Source of the DNA: Escherichia phage T4 | Direction: 5' to 3' (one strand) | DNA length: 64,000 bases | Sequence record: OZ209057.1 | Shown: in pieces, positions 9,396 to 20,097 of the stretch | How positions within the stretch are numbered: the first letter of the stretch is position 1 | Layout of the letters: each line of letters begins with the position of its first letter | Notes under the pieces: model-generated | Told to the model about the DNA's origin: nothing | What the model saw: only the letters and a program-made list of their open reading frames with translations | Databases searched by the model: none | Position numbers and translations under genes: made by a program

Positions 9396-10715
9396 TCATA
9401 CATAAAACACATCATAACGACCACGGGTGACACCAACATAAAGAAGTTGTTGAGCTAATTCAGCATCTGCATAATGAATACAAGGCGTATAAATGAAAGC
9501 ACGGTCTACAGACATACCCTGCGCTTTATGGAATGTTGATGTAGGAAGTGCTTTCACTTTACTAAACTGTGATTTAGCATCCCAAAAATCACTCCACGGA
9601 GCTTTTCCGCCTTTGTTCCAATTTTTATAAGTTTCTGCTGTTTTACCTAAAAATAGGTTAAACTTATACAATTCTTCGTCAGATGAAATTATTTTAATCT
9701 TTTCACGATAATATTCATCATCGCCATAAGTTTCTACTGTTAAATCCCAATGACGAATTAGATATTCTCCAGGAACACCACGGGCTTTAACAAACGTTGA
9801 TGTATACTCTGCTTCTATAATACGAACTAATTGTCCGTTATTAAAAATAATTTCTGACACAGGCTTTCCATCAATTTTATATGTTTTAATTAATGGTTCC
9901 TGCATTACAATAATTTCACCGACAATAAAATCTTTATCAGTTTCAAAAATCTTTTTACGAATAATGCTATTTAACTTGTCAACAGATTTATTCGTAAATG
10001 CCATTACGCGATTTTCAAACAAATCATCTAGTGATTTGACGATTGAAAAATAATTTACCATAAAATCGCGTAAAGCGGTATCACCAGTAAATCCACGTAC
10101 TCCATGCCCGTCAACAACTTTATCATAAATCCACTTACCGTTGCGAACGTCAGTAGCTACATCAATAATAGGAGCATTACTGCGTTTAACTTCAGTGAGT
10201 TCACACTGATAAAAATCTTTATGTGTAAAGAATGGACTGATATAAGCAGTATTTTCTCCTGGGTCAACAGGTCTGATTTGCTTATTATCCCCTATTCCAA
10301 TTATAGTACACCAAGGTGGAATAGTTGAAAGCAGAATTTTAAATAGCTTTCTATCATACATTGACACTTCGTCGCAGATTAATACTCTGCATTTGGCTAA
10401 ATCAGGTACTTCTTTTTGTTCAAAAAGAACATTTTCTTCATATGTTACTGGGTTAATTTTAAGAATACTATGAATAGTACTCGCTTCTTTCCCTGATAGT
10501 TTTGAAAGAATCTTTTTAGCTGCATGTGTAGGAGCTGCTAAAATAATACCAGTTTCACCCGTAGATATTAAAGCTTCAATGATGAACTTAGTAAGAGTAG
10601 TCTTACCGGTACCAGCAGGTCCATTAATAGTTACATGATGTTTCTTTTCTTTAATAGCCTTCATAACAATGTTAAAGGCATTTTTCTGGCCTTCGGTCAA
10701 ATCATCAAATGTCAT
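9396..10715 (-). CDS. dda: Dda SF1B DNA helicase
   Basis: 439 aa; Walker A GPAGTGKT; length and N-terminus match T4 Dda as recalled. Confidence 0.92.
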   Translation of the reverse strand: MTFDDLTEGQKNAFNIVMKAIKEKKHHVTINGPAGTGKTTLTKFIIEALISTGETGIILAAPTHAAKKILSKLSGKEASTIHSILKINPVTYEENVLFEQKEVPDLAKCRVLICDEVSMYDRKLFKILLSTIPPWCTIIGIGDNKQIRPVDPGENTAYISPFFTHKDFYQCELTEVKRSNAPIIDVATDVRNGKWIYDKVVDGHGVRGFTGDTALRDFMVNYFSIVKSLDDLFENRVMAFTNKSVDKLNSIIRKKIFETDKDFIVGEIIVMQEPLIKTYKIDGKPVSEIIFNNGQLVRIIEAEYTSTFVKARGVPGEYLIRHWDLTVETYGDDEYYREKIKIISSDEELYKFNLFLGKTAETYKNWNKGGKAPWSDFWDAKSQFSKVKALPTSTFHKAQGMSVDRAFIYTPCIHYADAELAQQLLYVGVTRGRYDVFYV

Positions 10716-11023
10716 CGTAAATTCCCTGCAATTGGTATACTAACAATACGCCCAGTATCTAAAATTCGCTGATATAATCTTTGCGTGTCTACGTCAGGCT
10801 TAACATGTTTAACTTCTATTTTATTAAACCAAAATTTACGTGGAGTCTCAACTAATCTTGGAATTCCCTTACCTAAAGCTAATCGATACTGCTCTTTAAG
10901 AGTGGTAAATACTTTATCAGCAATCTTCCATTCAAAAAATACAGCAGGACGATGTTCATCAAGCGGAACTGGCGCTGTAAATCCGTCTTTGTCTCGGTAA
11001 ACTATCGCATATACATAAACCAT
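10712..11023 (-). CDS. hypothetical protein (dda.1 position)
   Basis: 103 aa ORF, start overlaps dda stop region. Confidence 0.55.
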   Translation of the reverse strand: MVYVYAIVYRDKDGFTAPVPLDEHRPAVFFEWKIADKVFTTLKEQYRLALGKGIPRLVETPRKFWFNKIEVKHVKPDVDTQRLYQRILDTGRIVSIPIAGNLR

Positions 11024-11024
11024 A

Positions 11025-11771
11025 TTATCCTCGGATAAGTTTAAAAATTGAACAATTTAGCGGATATCCTCTTTTCAGTTTAAGTTTATCAATAAAAGAC
11101 AAATTTTGATACCGCTCTACACCTTGAATAATTTTATCACACATATCATATTGCATTTCTGCTTCTGACAACTTTTTCACAATTTTCCAATCCGAGCCTT
11201 TAAGAAGAACGTTCAATTTAACAACTTCAGCGCCTTCTGCTATGCGAGAACCATCAATACGTGCTTTAAGTGCTATAATTCTCAGCTTAATGTCAGAGGT
11301 CTGTTTTGATTTAGAAAGCTGAGAAATGTGTTCAATTCGATTTTCACGTTTTTTCTGTATAGCTTTAATTTGATTATAAGTCTTTTTGATTTTAGCCCAT
11401 TTCTTTTCATCTAAATTTAGTTTATGAACTTTTTTCGCAGATGAACGACCAATTCGCAAAGCAAATAAATCACGCTTTTCAATCAACTCTTCTAAAGTAT
11501 AATCAGAACGAAATGTATTATACTTTTTCTTTACTGCAATAACATTCCCTTTAATGTATCCAACGTTATTATCAAAACGTTCTAATGATAATTTCTCTCC
11601 TTCAATACGATTATCAAAAGGTTCTCCCGAGTAAGCACAAACTTTTTGATCTAAAATGTTCTTAATGTAATTGAAGTCTAAGTTAAAATCTTTAGAACGT
11701 CTTTTTGCAGATGCCTGAGTATGCTCTAAACGACGTTTAATTTTACGAATTTGGTTATTAGACAGCTTCAT
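11025..11771 (-). CDS. srd: Srd-like protein (sigma-factor-resembling early protein)
   Basis: 248 aa basic protein; size/position match T4 srd. Confidence 0.6.
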   Translation of the reverse strand: MKLSNNQIRKIKRRLEHTQASAKRRSKDFNLDFNYIKNILDQKVCAYSGEPFDNRIEGEKLSLERFDNNVGYIKGNVIAVKKKYNTFRSDYTLEELIEKRDLFALRIGRSSAKKVHKLNLDEKKWAKIKKTYNQIKAIQKKRENRIEHISQLSKSKQTSDIKLRIIALKARIDGSRIAEGAEVVKLNVLLKGSDWKIVKKLSEAEMQYDMCDKIIQGVERYQNLSFIDKLKLKRGYPLNCSIFKLIRG

Positions 11772-11893
11772 ATTTTTCTCACATCTTACGGACGGTTAAC
11801 TACTTATACTATAACATTTTTACTTTAACTTGTAAACAACTTTATGAAAAATGCTTTAAAACTTTCATGGTATAATGAATCTAAGTCCTTCCA

Positions 11894-12496
11894 TTATAGA
11901 TTAAATCCTTCAAAATCAAGAGTATAGATAGTGTATGTTGAACACTTTTTATACTCATATCTATCTGCAATTCTAAATACACTTCCAGCTGGTATCATTA
12001 CTTCTTGTTCATCTGAAACTAATTCCATATTACGATAACGATGACTATCCGGAAACTTAAAGTTTGGATTGTATTCTTTACAGCGTAGAGCTTTTATAGC
12101 ATACTCCTGGAAATTGAATACCATAGGAGCTTTGAATTCAAAAATAACTTGTGTGTTATACTCTAAACCAGAAGCAAAATGTAGAGCTATATTTTTATCA
12201 TATGAAGCTGATACGACTTTATCAAATGTAATAATATCAATTCCTTGATTTAATACTTGTTTAGTCTCAGCTGGAACACCTCTCCAAAGAGGTTTATCGT
12301 TTGGAACCAAACGAGATTTGATTATTTCATTTAACCAAGAATGGTCATCTGGTTTATTAGTAATACAATGAATTAAAAGTTCAATTTCAGATAAATTAAA
12401 CCCTTCAGAAAGTAATTCTTCACGAATAGAAGCACGCACCGATGCATCCATTGATTTTATTTTAAAATCTTTTAGTTGCATTACTGAGTATTTCAT
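11894..12496 (-). CDS. modA: ADP-ribosyltransferase ModA
   Basis: 200 aa; R...STS-like...EQEVMIP (R-S-ExE ART motifs). Confidence 0.8.
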   Translation of the reverse strand: MKYSVMQLKDFKIKSMDASVRASIREELLSEGFNLSEIELLIHCITNKPDDHSWLNEIIKSRLVPNDKPLWRGVPAETKQVLNQGIDIITFDKVVSASYDKNIALHFASGLEYNTQVIFEFKAPMVFNFQEYAIKALRCKEYNPNFKFPDSHRYRNMELVSDEQEVMIPAGSVFRIADRYEYKKCSTYTIYTLDFEGFNL

Positions 12497-13116
12497 TCAA
12501 CTACCTCAATATCATAAACTTTAAATGTTCCAAATGAATCGTGTAATTTTTCTTTTGAAATAGAAGTTATTTTATACTTTCCAATTGGAATCATCCATTC
12601 TTGTTCACGCACAATCATCATTAAGTTATCAGTACGCTCTGAATCTAATCCATCAGTATCTTCATACGTGTACTTAAACTCAGTATTAGGAGAAGAAAGT
12701 ATAATATCGCTGATATGGTCAGAATAATTAAAAGCTTTATCAGTTTTTAAACGAAGTATTGTTTCAGTGAAATATTCAGCATAAGAAAAAGAACACGCTG
12801 TATGCAAACTAGTAGTAAATGAATCTACCCTGTTCGTTGAAAACACTTCTCCAACTTGTAAATCTTTAATGAGTTCTTTTGTCGATTTTGATATACCACG
12901 ATATAATTGATAAGGCGATTTAGTTAAATGCTTTTTAATGATTTCATTTAAATGCTTATGAAGAGCTTCATTCTTTTTGGCTTCCATACATTGCCAAAGA
13001 ACAGACTGCTCAAAGTCAGTAAATTTTTCACAGACCTTTTTATACATATCATATTGAAAATCAACGCTTTCAGCTTTTATAGATAACTGTTCAACATCTG
13101 CAAGATTAATAATCAT
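12493..13116 (-). CDS. modB: ADP-ribosyltransferase ModB
   Basis: 207 aa; YRGISKS ... EQEWMIP ExE motif; paralog of ModA. Confidence 0.8.
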   Translation of the reverse strand: MIINLADVEQLSIKAESVDFQYDMYKKVCEKFTDFEQSVLWQCMEAKKNEALHKHLNEIIKKHLTKSPYQLYRGISKSTKELIKDLQVGEVFSTNRVDSFTTSLHTACSFSYAEYFTETILRLKTDKAFNYSDHISDIILSSPNTEFKYTYEDTDGLDSERTDNLMMIVREQEWMIPIGKYKITSISKEKLHDSFGTFKVYDIEVVE

Positions 13117-13142
13117 GATAGCCTCCGTATACTTCAGAAGCT

Positions 13143-13172
13143 ATCATATCATCGTTAGAAAGGAAAGTAAAC
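13143..13172 (-). promoter_or_regulatory. early-type promoter GTTTAC-N18-TATGAT
   Basis: plus strand atcata 13143..13148, gtaaac 13167..13172. Confidence 0.5.
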
Positions 13173-13183
13173 AACTTTTTGAA

Positions 13184-13366
13184 TTATTTTGCCCAGGGAG
13201 CCCAAGGCGGAGGGTCAAGATGGTATGAAGCTAGTTCTTCTAGAAGAGCATCTGGGGCTTCAATTCCATAATTCTGTAATACTATACGGTACTCTTTCTT
13301 ATAATCACTAGAATCATTCTGGTTATTCGTAGAATGATTATCTTCTAACATCTCAAATAAATCCAT
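13184..13366 (-). CDS. hypothetical small protein
   Basis: 60 aa ORF. Confidence 0.5.
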   Translation of the reverse strand: MDLFEMLEDNHSTNNQNDSSDYKKEYRIVLQNYGIEAPDALLEELASYHLDPPPWAPWAK

Positions 13367-13374
13367 ATTAATTC

Positions 13375-13845
13375 CTAGCGATAAAAACCAAATTTACGAT
13401 TAGTTTCAATGATCTTTCTTTCTTCTTCGGACATTCTCCAGCGTAGTCCAACATCAAAATGAGCCCAGACCATCCTAACAAATGCATTTATATCTTTAAT
13501 ATCTTCAATAATGAATGTTTTACTTTTAGAAGGTTGACTCGCTAATTTAACTTTATCGTCTTCAAACATGTCAAAAAGACCATATTCATGAGCTCTTTTA
13601 TAGCCTTTAATAGTTAAAGCTTCAGAAGAAGAAAATGGTGAATCTGTATTCTGCAAAATATCTTCAGTATGCTTTATAATTAGAATAATATTTTCTGGAT
13701 ATTTTCTTTCTTTTATATCTTTAATTAAAAAATCCGGATTTTCTGCTAAAGGAATAATTAATGAGCAATTTTTATCAAGTGTATTTACTGATTTACCTTC
13801 TTTAGACATAAATTCTATTGAATATAATTTTGCTACTTCAATCAT
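13375..13845 (-). CDS. hypothetical protein
   Basis: 156 aa ORF, ATG start. Confidence 0.55.
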
Positions 13846-14002
13846 GTGATTTCCTTTTGCCTACTAATGGACCGTCAGGAATTTTATTTTCCTGGATATA
13901 TTTCTCATTTTCTTCCATCATTTTACTGCCAATTTTAAGAAGCAAATCCATTGCTTCATTTGCTTTTGCTTTAGCTTCTTCTAACGTCATATCTTTGTTC
14001 AT
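13838..14002 (-). CDS. hypothetical 54-aa protein
   Basis: hand-translated [26 protein letters not shown]...; ATGA overlap with upstream stop, TGA overlaps next start. Confidence 0.45.
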
Positions 14003-14202
14003 GATTTATCACCATAGATGTCTCTCATCAATTTAAGCGCTGAGCGTTCTAGTTTCTTTTCTTTCTCAGCACTAATCATTGATTTCATCCATTCTTCTGA
14101 TTCATTCTGCATTTCTTTATTTGCTTGTTCAACCCAACCGTCATCAATATACATTGAGTTTGGTCTATTGAACCATTCAAGCATCTTCTTCAGAACTTTC
14201 AT
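13999..14202 (-). CDS. hypothetical small protein
   Basis: 67 aa ORF. Confidence 0.5.
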
Positions 14203-14674
14203 TCGTTTTACCTAAAACAATAGTAGGAGCATCGTCAAATTTATGAATTTTTAGCAAATTTGGATTTAAATTATTCCATAAAGAGGTAATAAAATATGAT
14301 AGCGCACTTTCGTCCGTAATTATAAATTTATTTCCTTTATCTATTTTCCAATCATATATTGAATCATATGAATAGAAGGATAACGGTTTATTATTATAAT
14401 ATGCTTCAGCAACATCAATATAGTTAGATTTAGTAAATGCTTGAATTGCCATAAATGGAGAATTTTGTACAGTTTCAATAATTCCGATCTTTTTAAGTTT
14501 TATTTCAACATCTTCTGGAATTGGCATTGAAATAAAATCTTCTACTAGATACATATTATTGTCATATCTTTTATCAATCATTACTGCTACAGTAATTGGA
14601 ACATCCTTGACAAACGCCATACTAATACTATTGATAGACATTTCAAACAAAATTGCTTCCATAATTTTCCTCAA
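14177..14674 (-). CDS. hypothetical protein
   Basis: 165 aa ORF. Confidence 0.5.
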
Positions 14675-15012
14675 TCACAAGATGTAGATGAACAACTAGA
14701 ATCACAAGAACTTCCACATGAATCACCTGCCCATACATGAACAGGAACATTAGTATCATATGAATCAGAACTAGACTGTGTATTCTGTGTGTTAGATGAT
14801 GTAGTAGGTGTTGACCAGCGCCAAGGATTTTTATAATATTCTTGGGCTTCTTCATAAGTCATAGTAACTGCTTCTACTGTTCCATCTCCCATATAAACAT
14901 ATTCAACTACAGTTAAAGGAAGGTAGTCATTTGAAATAGGAACTACACCTTCCCCAGGAGTTGTAGAGAAAAAATCCGTAAAGAAACTTTTAAACCAATT
15001 AAAGATAAACAT
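14671..15012 (-). CDS. hypothetical protein with Cys-rich C-terminal tail
   Basis: 113 aa; hydrophobic N-term; C-term [15 protein letters not shown]. Confidence 0.5.
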
Positions 15013-15218
15013 TACAAAAAGCCTCTTTTGAATTCGACTTGCTTCTCACCATAATCATATCGAATCTCTGCATTAAATTCGACAGAACCATCTGCGTACA
15101 TCATAAATGAATGCACAACAACTTCTGTAGACCATGGTTGTAGTTCATATTTCTTCATTACATGTCGTGAAATGATAATATCTAAATCTTCATTTGGTTT
15201 AATCCAACGATTTAACAT
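15012..15218 (-). CDS. hypothetical small protein
   Basis: 68 aa ORF downstream of early promoter 15245..15274. Confidence 0.5.
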   Translation of the reverse strand: MLNRWIKPNEDLDIIISRHVMKKYELQPWSTEVVVHSFMMYADGSVEFNAEIRYDYGEKQVEFKRGFL

Positions 15219-15244
15219 AGTACTCTCCTCTATAAGATAATTCT

Positions 15245-15274
15245 ATTATACCATACTCATTTTGGAAAGTAAAC
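15245..15274 (-). promoter_or_regulatory. early-type promoter GTTTAC-N18-TATAAT
   Basis: plus strand attata 15245..15250, gtaaac 15269..15274. Confidence 0.6.
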
Positions 15275-15290
15275 CATTTAAATGAAAAAA

Positions 15291-15308
15291 GGACTCCCGA
15301 AGGAGTCC
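15291..15308 (-). terminator. rho-independent terminator after soc (UUCG hairpin + U6)
   Basis: ggactcc cgaa ggagtcc preceded on plus strand by aaaaaa. Confidence 0.75.
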
Positions 15309-15316
15309 TTGAGTTA

Positions 15317-15559
15317 TTAACCAGTTACTTTCCACAAATCTTCATTTGCAGCAATCCATTCAGTACGTTGATTTTCTTCATATACTGTAGAATATGCTGC
15401 TTTTTCTGAAGGGAATGTCTGGTAATGAGCGCCAGAAATTTTGTGAACGTCAGAATAAAGAGGGAAAGCTACAGAAATTTCCTTTCCTTCAATTTTCTTA
15501 TTTCCATCTAATTTCTGCTCAAATGTTTTGATATTAACATAACCGCGAGTACTAGCCAT
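15317..15559 (-). CDS. soc: small outer capsid protein Soc
   Basis: 80 aa, begins MASTRGYVNIKTFEQ; matches T4 Soc as recalled. Confidence 0.92.
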   Translation of the reverse strand: MASTRGYVNIKTFEQKLDGNKKIEGKEISVAFPLYSDVHKISGAHYQTFPSEKAAYSTVYEENQRTEWIAANEDLWKVTG

Positions 15560-15588
15560 GTAATTCTCCTTTATTTAAATTACATGAT

Positions 15589-15596
15589 TATTTATA
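15589..15596 (-). promoter_or_regulatory. T4 late promoter TATAAATA upstream of soc
   Basis: minus strand TATAAATA about 29 nt upstream of soc ATG; AAAGGAGAA Shine-Dalgarno. Confidence 0.65.
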
Positions 15597-16281
15597 CATC
15601 TTCTTTTCTGAATAAGTAAATTAAATTCTTAAGAGCCGAACTTGTTACATCATATTTTCCTTTAAGCGCCTTTACAACCGGGCCTGTTGCTGGTTTACCT
15701 AAAGAAACCCATAACTCGTGTATTTCGCTTTTAAGTGGTTCATGCCAATGCGGTGCTTTTCTTTGCGCCCTTGAAGTTCCTTCTGAAATCTTTTTATTTC
15801 CGCCATTCGAATAAAACTTTTTCATTACTTCAGATTGCCGAGCTTTTCTTTCTGCCCTATTTTGGGCTATACGTTGTGAATTCTTCATCCGAGTTTTTGT
15901 TTCAGGATTGTTTAATCTAAGTTTATGTTCTAATCGTTGTTGCTCAGTCCATTTTCTTCCTTCTCCACCCTGACCACCAGGAGAAATATTAATGCAAGTA
16001 TCTGGGTGTTTACGTTTTAATGCAGATATTAGCTCACGTTCAACTTCATATGATTTTTCTCTAGAACCATGGCATTTTGACCATCGTATTTTATAATTAA
16101 ATCCATACTTACGATATATGTTCCATAGTATTTTACCTGAACCCGGATATTTATCATTATATGGATTTACAATAAATGATTCATGTTTCCCAGCGTACCA
16201 AAAGACGCCTTTCGGCGTCCTAACTTTTACTATATATGTTCTATAAAATTTTTGTTTAATATCCATTATCTTGACGTTCAA
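15592..16281 (-). CDS. segF: GIY-YIG-like homing endonuclease SegF
   Basis: 229 aa; position between gene 56 and soc as recalled for SegF; basic C-terminal DNA-binding region. Confidence 0.7.
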   Translation of the reverse strand: MNVKIMDIKQKFYRTYIVKVRTPKGVFWYAGKHESFIVNPYNDKYPGSGKILWNIYRKYGFNYKIRWSKCHGSREKSYEVERELISALKRKHPDTCINISPGGQGGEGRKWTEQQRLEHKLRLNNPETKTRMKNSQRIAQNRAERKARQSEVMKKFYSNGGNKKISEGTSRAQRKAPHWHEPLKSEIHELWVSLGKPATGPVVKALKGKYDVTSSALKNLIYLFRKEDV

Positions 16282-16771
16282 AATTATGTTTGTTCTTCAG
16301 ATAATAAAGTTTAAAGATTTCTTCCGCATTCATTCCAAGGCCAACAAACATATTTAATACGAAATGAAATATATCCACAAGCTCAAATTTAATTTCGAGC
16401 TGGTCTTCGGGGGACATTTCATCAATGCGTTTTTCTTGCGCTTCAATATAACGTGCTTTCCATTTTTTCCATACAGCAGAAGCTTCTTTTTCACCACGTG
16501 ACATTTCACCAAGAGAAGTCAGAAGTTCGCGGAATTCATCATCAATACAGTCTTTTTGTTCACGCATCCAAGAAACAACATCACCGGCAGTTTCTAATTT
16601 ATCTGGATGATAGCAGTATTCGCGGACATTAGCCAAACGAATCTGTAAAGACCGCTGCATATCAAGCATAACTTGCAGCGGATCTTTTTCATCACCGAGA
16701 ATATCCCAGTATTCATTTTGAGCTTTATCAACACCTTCGATCAAATGAGCACATTCATTAAAGTGAGCCAT
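16256..16771 (-). CDS. 56: dCTP/dCDP pyrophosphatase gp56 (MazG-like)
   Basis: 171 aa from ATG at 16771 (MAHFNECAHLI...). Confidence 0.85.
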   Translation of the reverse strand: MAHFNECAHLIEGVDKAQNEYWDILGDEKDPLQVMLDMQRSLQIRLANVREYCYHPDKLETAGDVVSWMREQKDCIDDEFRELLTSLGEMSRGEKEASAVWKKWKARYIEAQEKRIDEMSPEDQLEIKFELVDIFHFVLNMFVGLGMNAEEIFKLYYLKNKHNFERQDNGY

Positions 16772-16831
16772 TAGTTTTCCTTTCAATTCATTAATAAGTT
16801 AAATAATTATATCATTTGAGTATGTAAGCAA

Positions 16832-17620
<789 letters not shown>

Positions 17621-17723
17621 TCATTTATTGCAGCAAAAATGAATTATACAATTCTTCATCATATGTATTTGATAGTAATACTAACACGTTTTGCGATAAA
17701 TATTAATTTAAAGGAGGATATAT

Positions 17724-17924
17724 ATGGTACAAAAATTAATGGCACTTGTTAATGCCATAAAAGGTAATAAGAAACGTATAGCTTTTACTATTTCTGCTAT
17801 GGTAGGAATTTTACTCTGGAACTTTATTTTATCACCTGTTGCAATTGCACATGGTGTTAATATTCCAGTAGTTACTCTTGATACATTCGTAGATTTAGCA
17901 TTTGCTTTAGTTGGGTTAATTTAA
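17724..17924 (+). CDS. plus-strand small membrane protein (66 aa) in dam-61 intergenic gap
   Basis: AAAGGAGG 6 nt upstream of ATG; one predicted TM helix; exactly fills the gap, overlapping the gene 61 stop by 4 nt. Confidence 0.55.
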   Translation: MVQKLMALVNAIKGNKKRIAFTISAMVGILLWNFILSPVAIAHGVNIPVVTLDTFVDLAFALVGLI

Positions 17925-18949
17925 ATCTTAGCATATTTAGATAGCCGCATTTTAGCCATTAACCCCTGGGCAATATTATTTTTCATATATTCCATAATTT
18001 GTTCAGGGGTTGCACCTTCCTTTCTAATCATATCATTAACATCTTTTGATTTCCAGGGAGATTTATCCCAAAACATAACCCTTTCTCCTGCATCAACTAA
18101 TTTAGTCATTCGTTTAATAGTGTCAGGGTGACGAGGTTCATTATCTAAGACCCACACACGTCTATCTTTAAATGGAACAACTTCTAGGTCTAATTGACCG
18201 CCCGTAATAGCTATACCATTTTCAATAAAAAGTGAATCTATAGGTCCTTCTAGAACATATACATCACCATCTTTAACTCGTTCGACTCCATAGATTTTTG
18301 TTGCCTCAGGATAAGCTTTGATGGTGATATATTTTTGAGGAGCATCTTTCTTTAATGCACGTCCTTGAAAAGACTCAGCTTTTCCATTAGCATTATAAAT
18401 TGGAATAACAAGACGAGGCTCAGAAATTTCCTTTTTGTATGTTCCCGGTGCTATGCTATTAACTAATTTAGGCCATTCGGTTGTAAACCAAAGATATTTC
18501 CATTTATCCTTTGGAATACAACGAGCTTTTACGTATTTTATAATTGGATGGTCTTCCGCCAGTTTATCTAATCTAACACATGACGGAAGAGATTTAATTA
18601 TTTTCTTCTCGGGTTGTTTAGGAAGTTCTTTAGGTTTTTCTATTGGACGACTTTTACCTTTTTCTTTTCTTATTTCAAAGATATACTCACGATATAAATC
18701 GGGTTCAAACTCCTTTAAATATATTCCGATTGGTGCATGATAGTTACAGTTATAACAATGAATATTTCCTTCATTATTATCACCATAATACCATCCACGG
18801 GCTTTATTCTGGTCGGTTTTTGAATCTCCACAAACAGGGCATCTAAACCGTAATTTAAAAGTTGAACTATTATTTACTTGTGTGAATTTAGGTAAATGAG
18901 CTAATGCACGGTATGCAAACTCATTATCAATCCAAGGTATTGATGACAT
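17921..18949 (-). CDS. 61: DNA primase gp61
   Basis: 342 aa; zinc finger CPVCGDS...CYNC and TOPRIM EGPIDS. Confidence 0.92.
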   Translation of the reverse strand: MSSIPWIDNEFAYRALAHLPKFTQVNNSSTFKLRFRCPVCGDSKTDQNKARGWYYGDNNEGNIHCYNCNYHAPIGIYLKEFEPDLYREYIFEIRKEKGKSRPIEKPKELPKQPEKKIIKSLPSCVRLDKLAEDHPIIKYVKARCIPKDKWKYLWFTTEWPKLVNSIAPGTYKKEISEPRLVIPIYNANGKAESFQGRALKKDAPQKYITIKAYPEATKIYGVERVKDGDVYVLEGPIDSLFIENGIAITGGQLDLEVVPFKDRRVWVLDNEPRHPDTIKRMTKLVDAGERVMFWDKSPWKSKDVNDMIRKEGATPEQIMEYMKNNIAQGLMAKMRLSKYAKI

Positions 18950-18951
18950 TT

Positions 18952-19116
18952 TTACTCTTCTTTTTCTTTAGATTCCTCTTTTTTCTTTTTAGGAATCTGT
19001 TCAGGACCTTTATTTACTACAGCGCCTGATGTTGTTCCAGTAGAGATATTTTCAGGATTACCACCTGAATCTCCAGCGACCATATCTTCTTTGATAAATT
19101 CTTTAAATGTTTTCAT
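18952..19116 (-). CDS. hypothetical 54-aa protein (61.1 position)
   Basis: hand-translated MKTFKEFIKEDMVAGDSGGNPENIS...; K/E-rich tail. Confidence 0.45.
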   Translation of the reverse strand: MKTFKEFIKEDMVAGDSGGNPENISTGTTSGAVVNKGPEQIPKKKKEESKEKEE

Positions 19117-19117
19117 A

Positions 19118-19744
19118 TTAACCTCTATTCATAAAAGCATTAAAAATTTGGTCATCAATAGAAACATTTACTTTAGGCTGTTTTTCAGATGGCAATTCAT
19201 ATCCACATATTACAATTTTATGATCAATATCAAAATACACAGAAGCAATATGATTAATGATATTTTCAGTAAAGTCTAAATCAACATCAATATCTTTTTG
19301 ACCAAAGCCCAAAGGATAAATAATGCGAGTAATTCGATTATCTTTAACAAAGATTCCACCGACATACTCTGTGCTGCGTTTAAAGTCTACACGCCGACGA
19401 AATGAAAAATATTCAGGCTCTTTATGAGCTCGGCTCATAGGACACAACGAATAACTAGAATAAGAGATGTCAAATCCTACGCCTTCAATATGAACTAAAT
19501 TGTCATGATTAAACCAATTATAATCATATGCCAAGTCCATTAGATTGTCATATGTGAAAGGCACCGGATTAACATCATTGGTCACAAGCATATAATTAGC
19601 AACTGCTATAATTTCATTATTTTTAACGAATACAAACCGTGATTGATGCGAATGGCCTGGACCTGCGTTTTCACGATTAATGATATAACACTGGGCACCT
19701 TTATATTTGTACGTGTCTTTACACTTGTGCATTTGATAAAGCAT
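19118..19744 (-). CDS. hypothetical protein (61.2 position)
   Basis: 208 aa ORF. Confidence 0.55.
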   Translation of the reverse strand: MLYQMHKCKDTYKYKGAQCYIINRENAGPGHSHQSRFVFVKNNEIIAVANYMLVTNDVNPVPFTYDNLMDLAYDYNWFNHDNLVHIEGVGFDISYSSYSLCPMSRAHKEPEYFSFRRRVDFKRSTEYVGGIFVKDNRITRIIYPLGFGQKDIDVDLDFTENIINHIASVYFDIDHKIVICGYELPSEKQPKVNVSIDDQIFNAFMNRG

Positions 19745-20037
19745 TATTCACCTACCACTTCAGCGATGATATTTTTGTTATTAAAGTTTTTATCGAAATA
19801 CAGAACATAATTATACTGCATTACACCACCAGACTTAAGCTGTTTTTGCACTTCAGCTTTCATTTCAGGACGATCACGCTTAACGATATTCATAATATCT
19901 GCTTCAATTTGAGTTTCAACCTCAGTCTGATCCGCAGTCATAGACCATTCGCACAAATCTTTATCATAACCTGCCATAGCAGGCTGAGCAGCACAAGAAG
20001 CTAAAGCAAAAATTGTAGCAAAGATGAATTTTTTCAT
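19744..20037 (-). CDS. sp: Spackle (periplasmic superinfection-exclusion protein)
   Basis: 97 aa; signal peptide MKKFIFATIFALASCAAQPAMA; size matches T4 Sp. Confidence 0.8.
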   Translation of the reverse strand: MKKFIFATIFALASCAAQPAMAGYDKDLCEWSMTADQTEVETQIEADIMNIVKRDRPEMKAEVQKQLKSGGVMQYNYVLYFDKNFNNKNIIAEVVGE

Positions 20038-20065
20038 GATAATCTCCTCAGTAGTTTATGTTTAT

Positions 20066-20095
20066 ATAGTATCTCAATTTCCAACAAAAGTAAAC
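20066..20095 (-). promoter_or_regulatory. early-type promoter GTTTAC-N18-TACTAT
   Basis: plus strand atagta 20066..20071, gtaaac 20090..20095. Confidence 0.5.
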
Positions 20096-20097
20096 AG

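Noticed and set aside
14643-14855. His-rich 70-aa minus-strand ORF overlapping two neighbouring ORFs
   Set aside because: Alternative frame fully embedded in 14177..14674 and 14671..15012; no independent ribosome-binding site; composition typical of an out-of-frame read.
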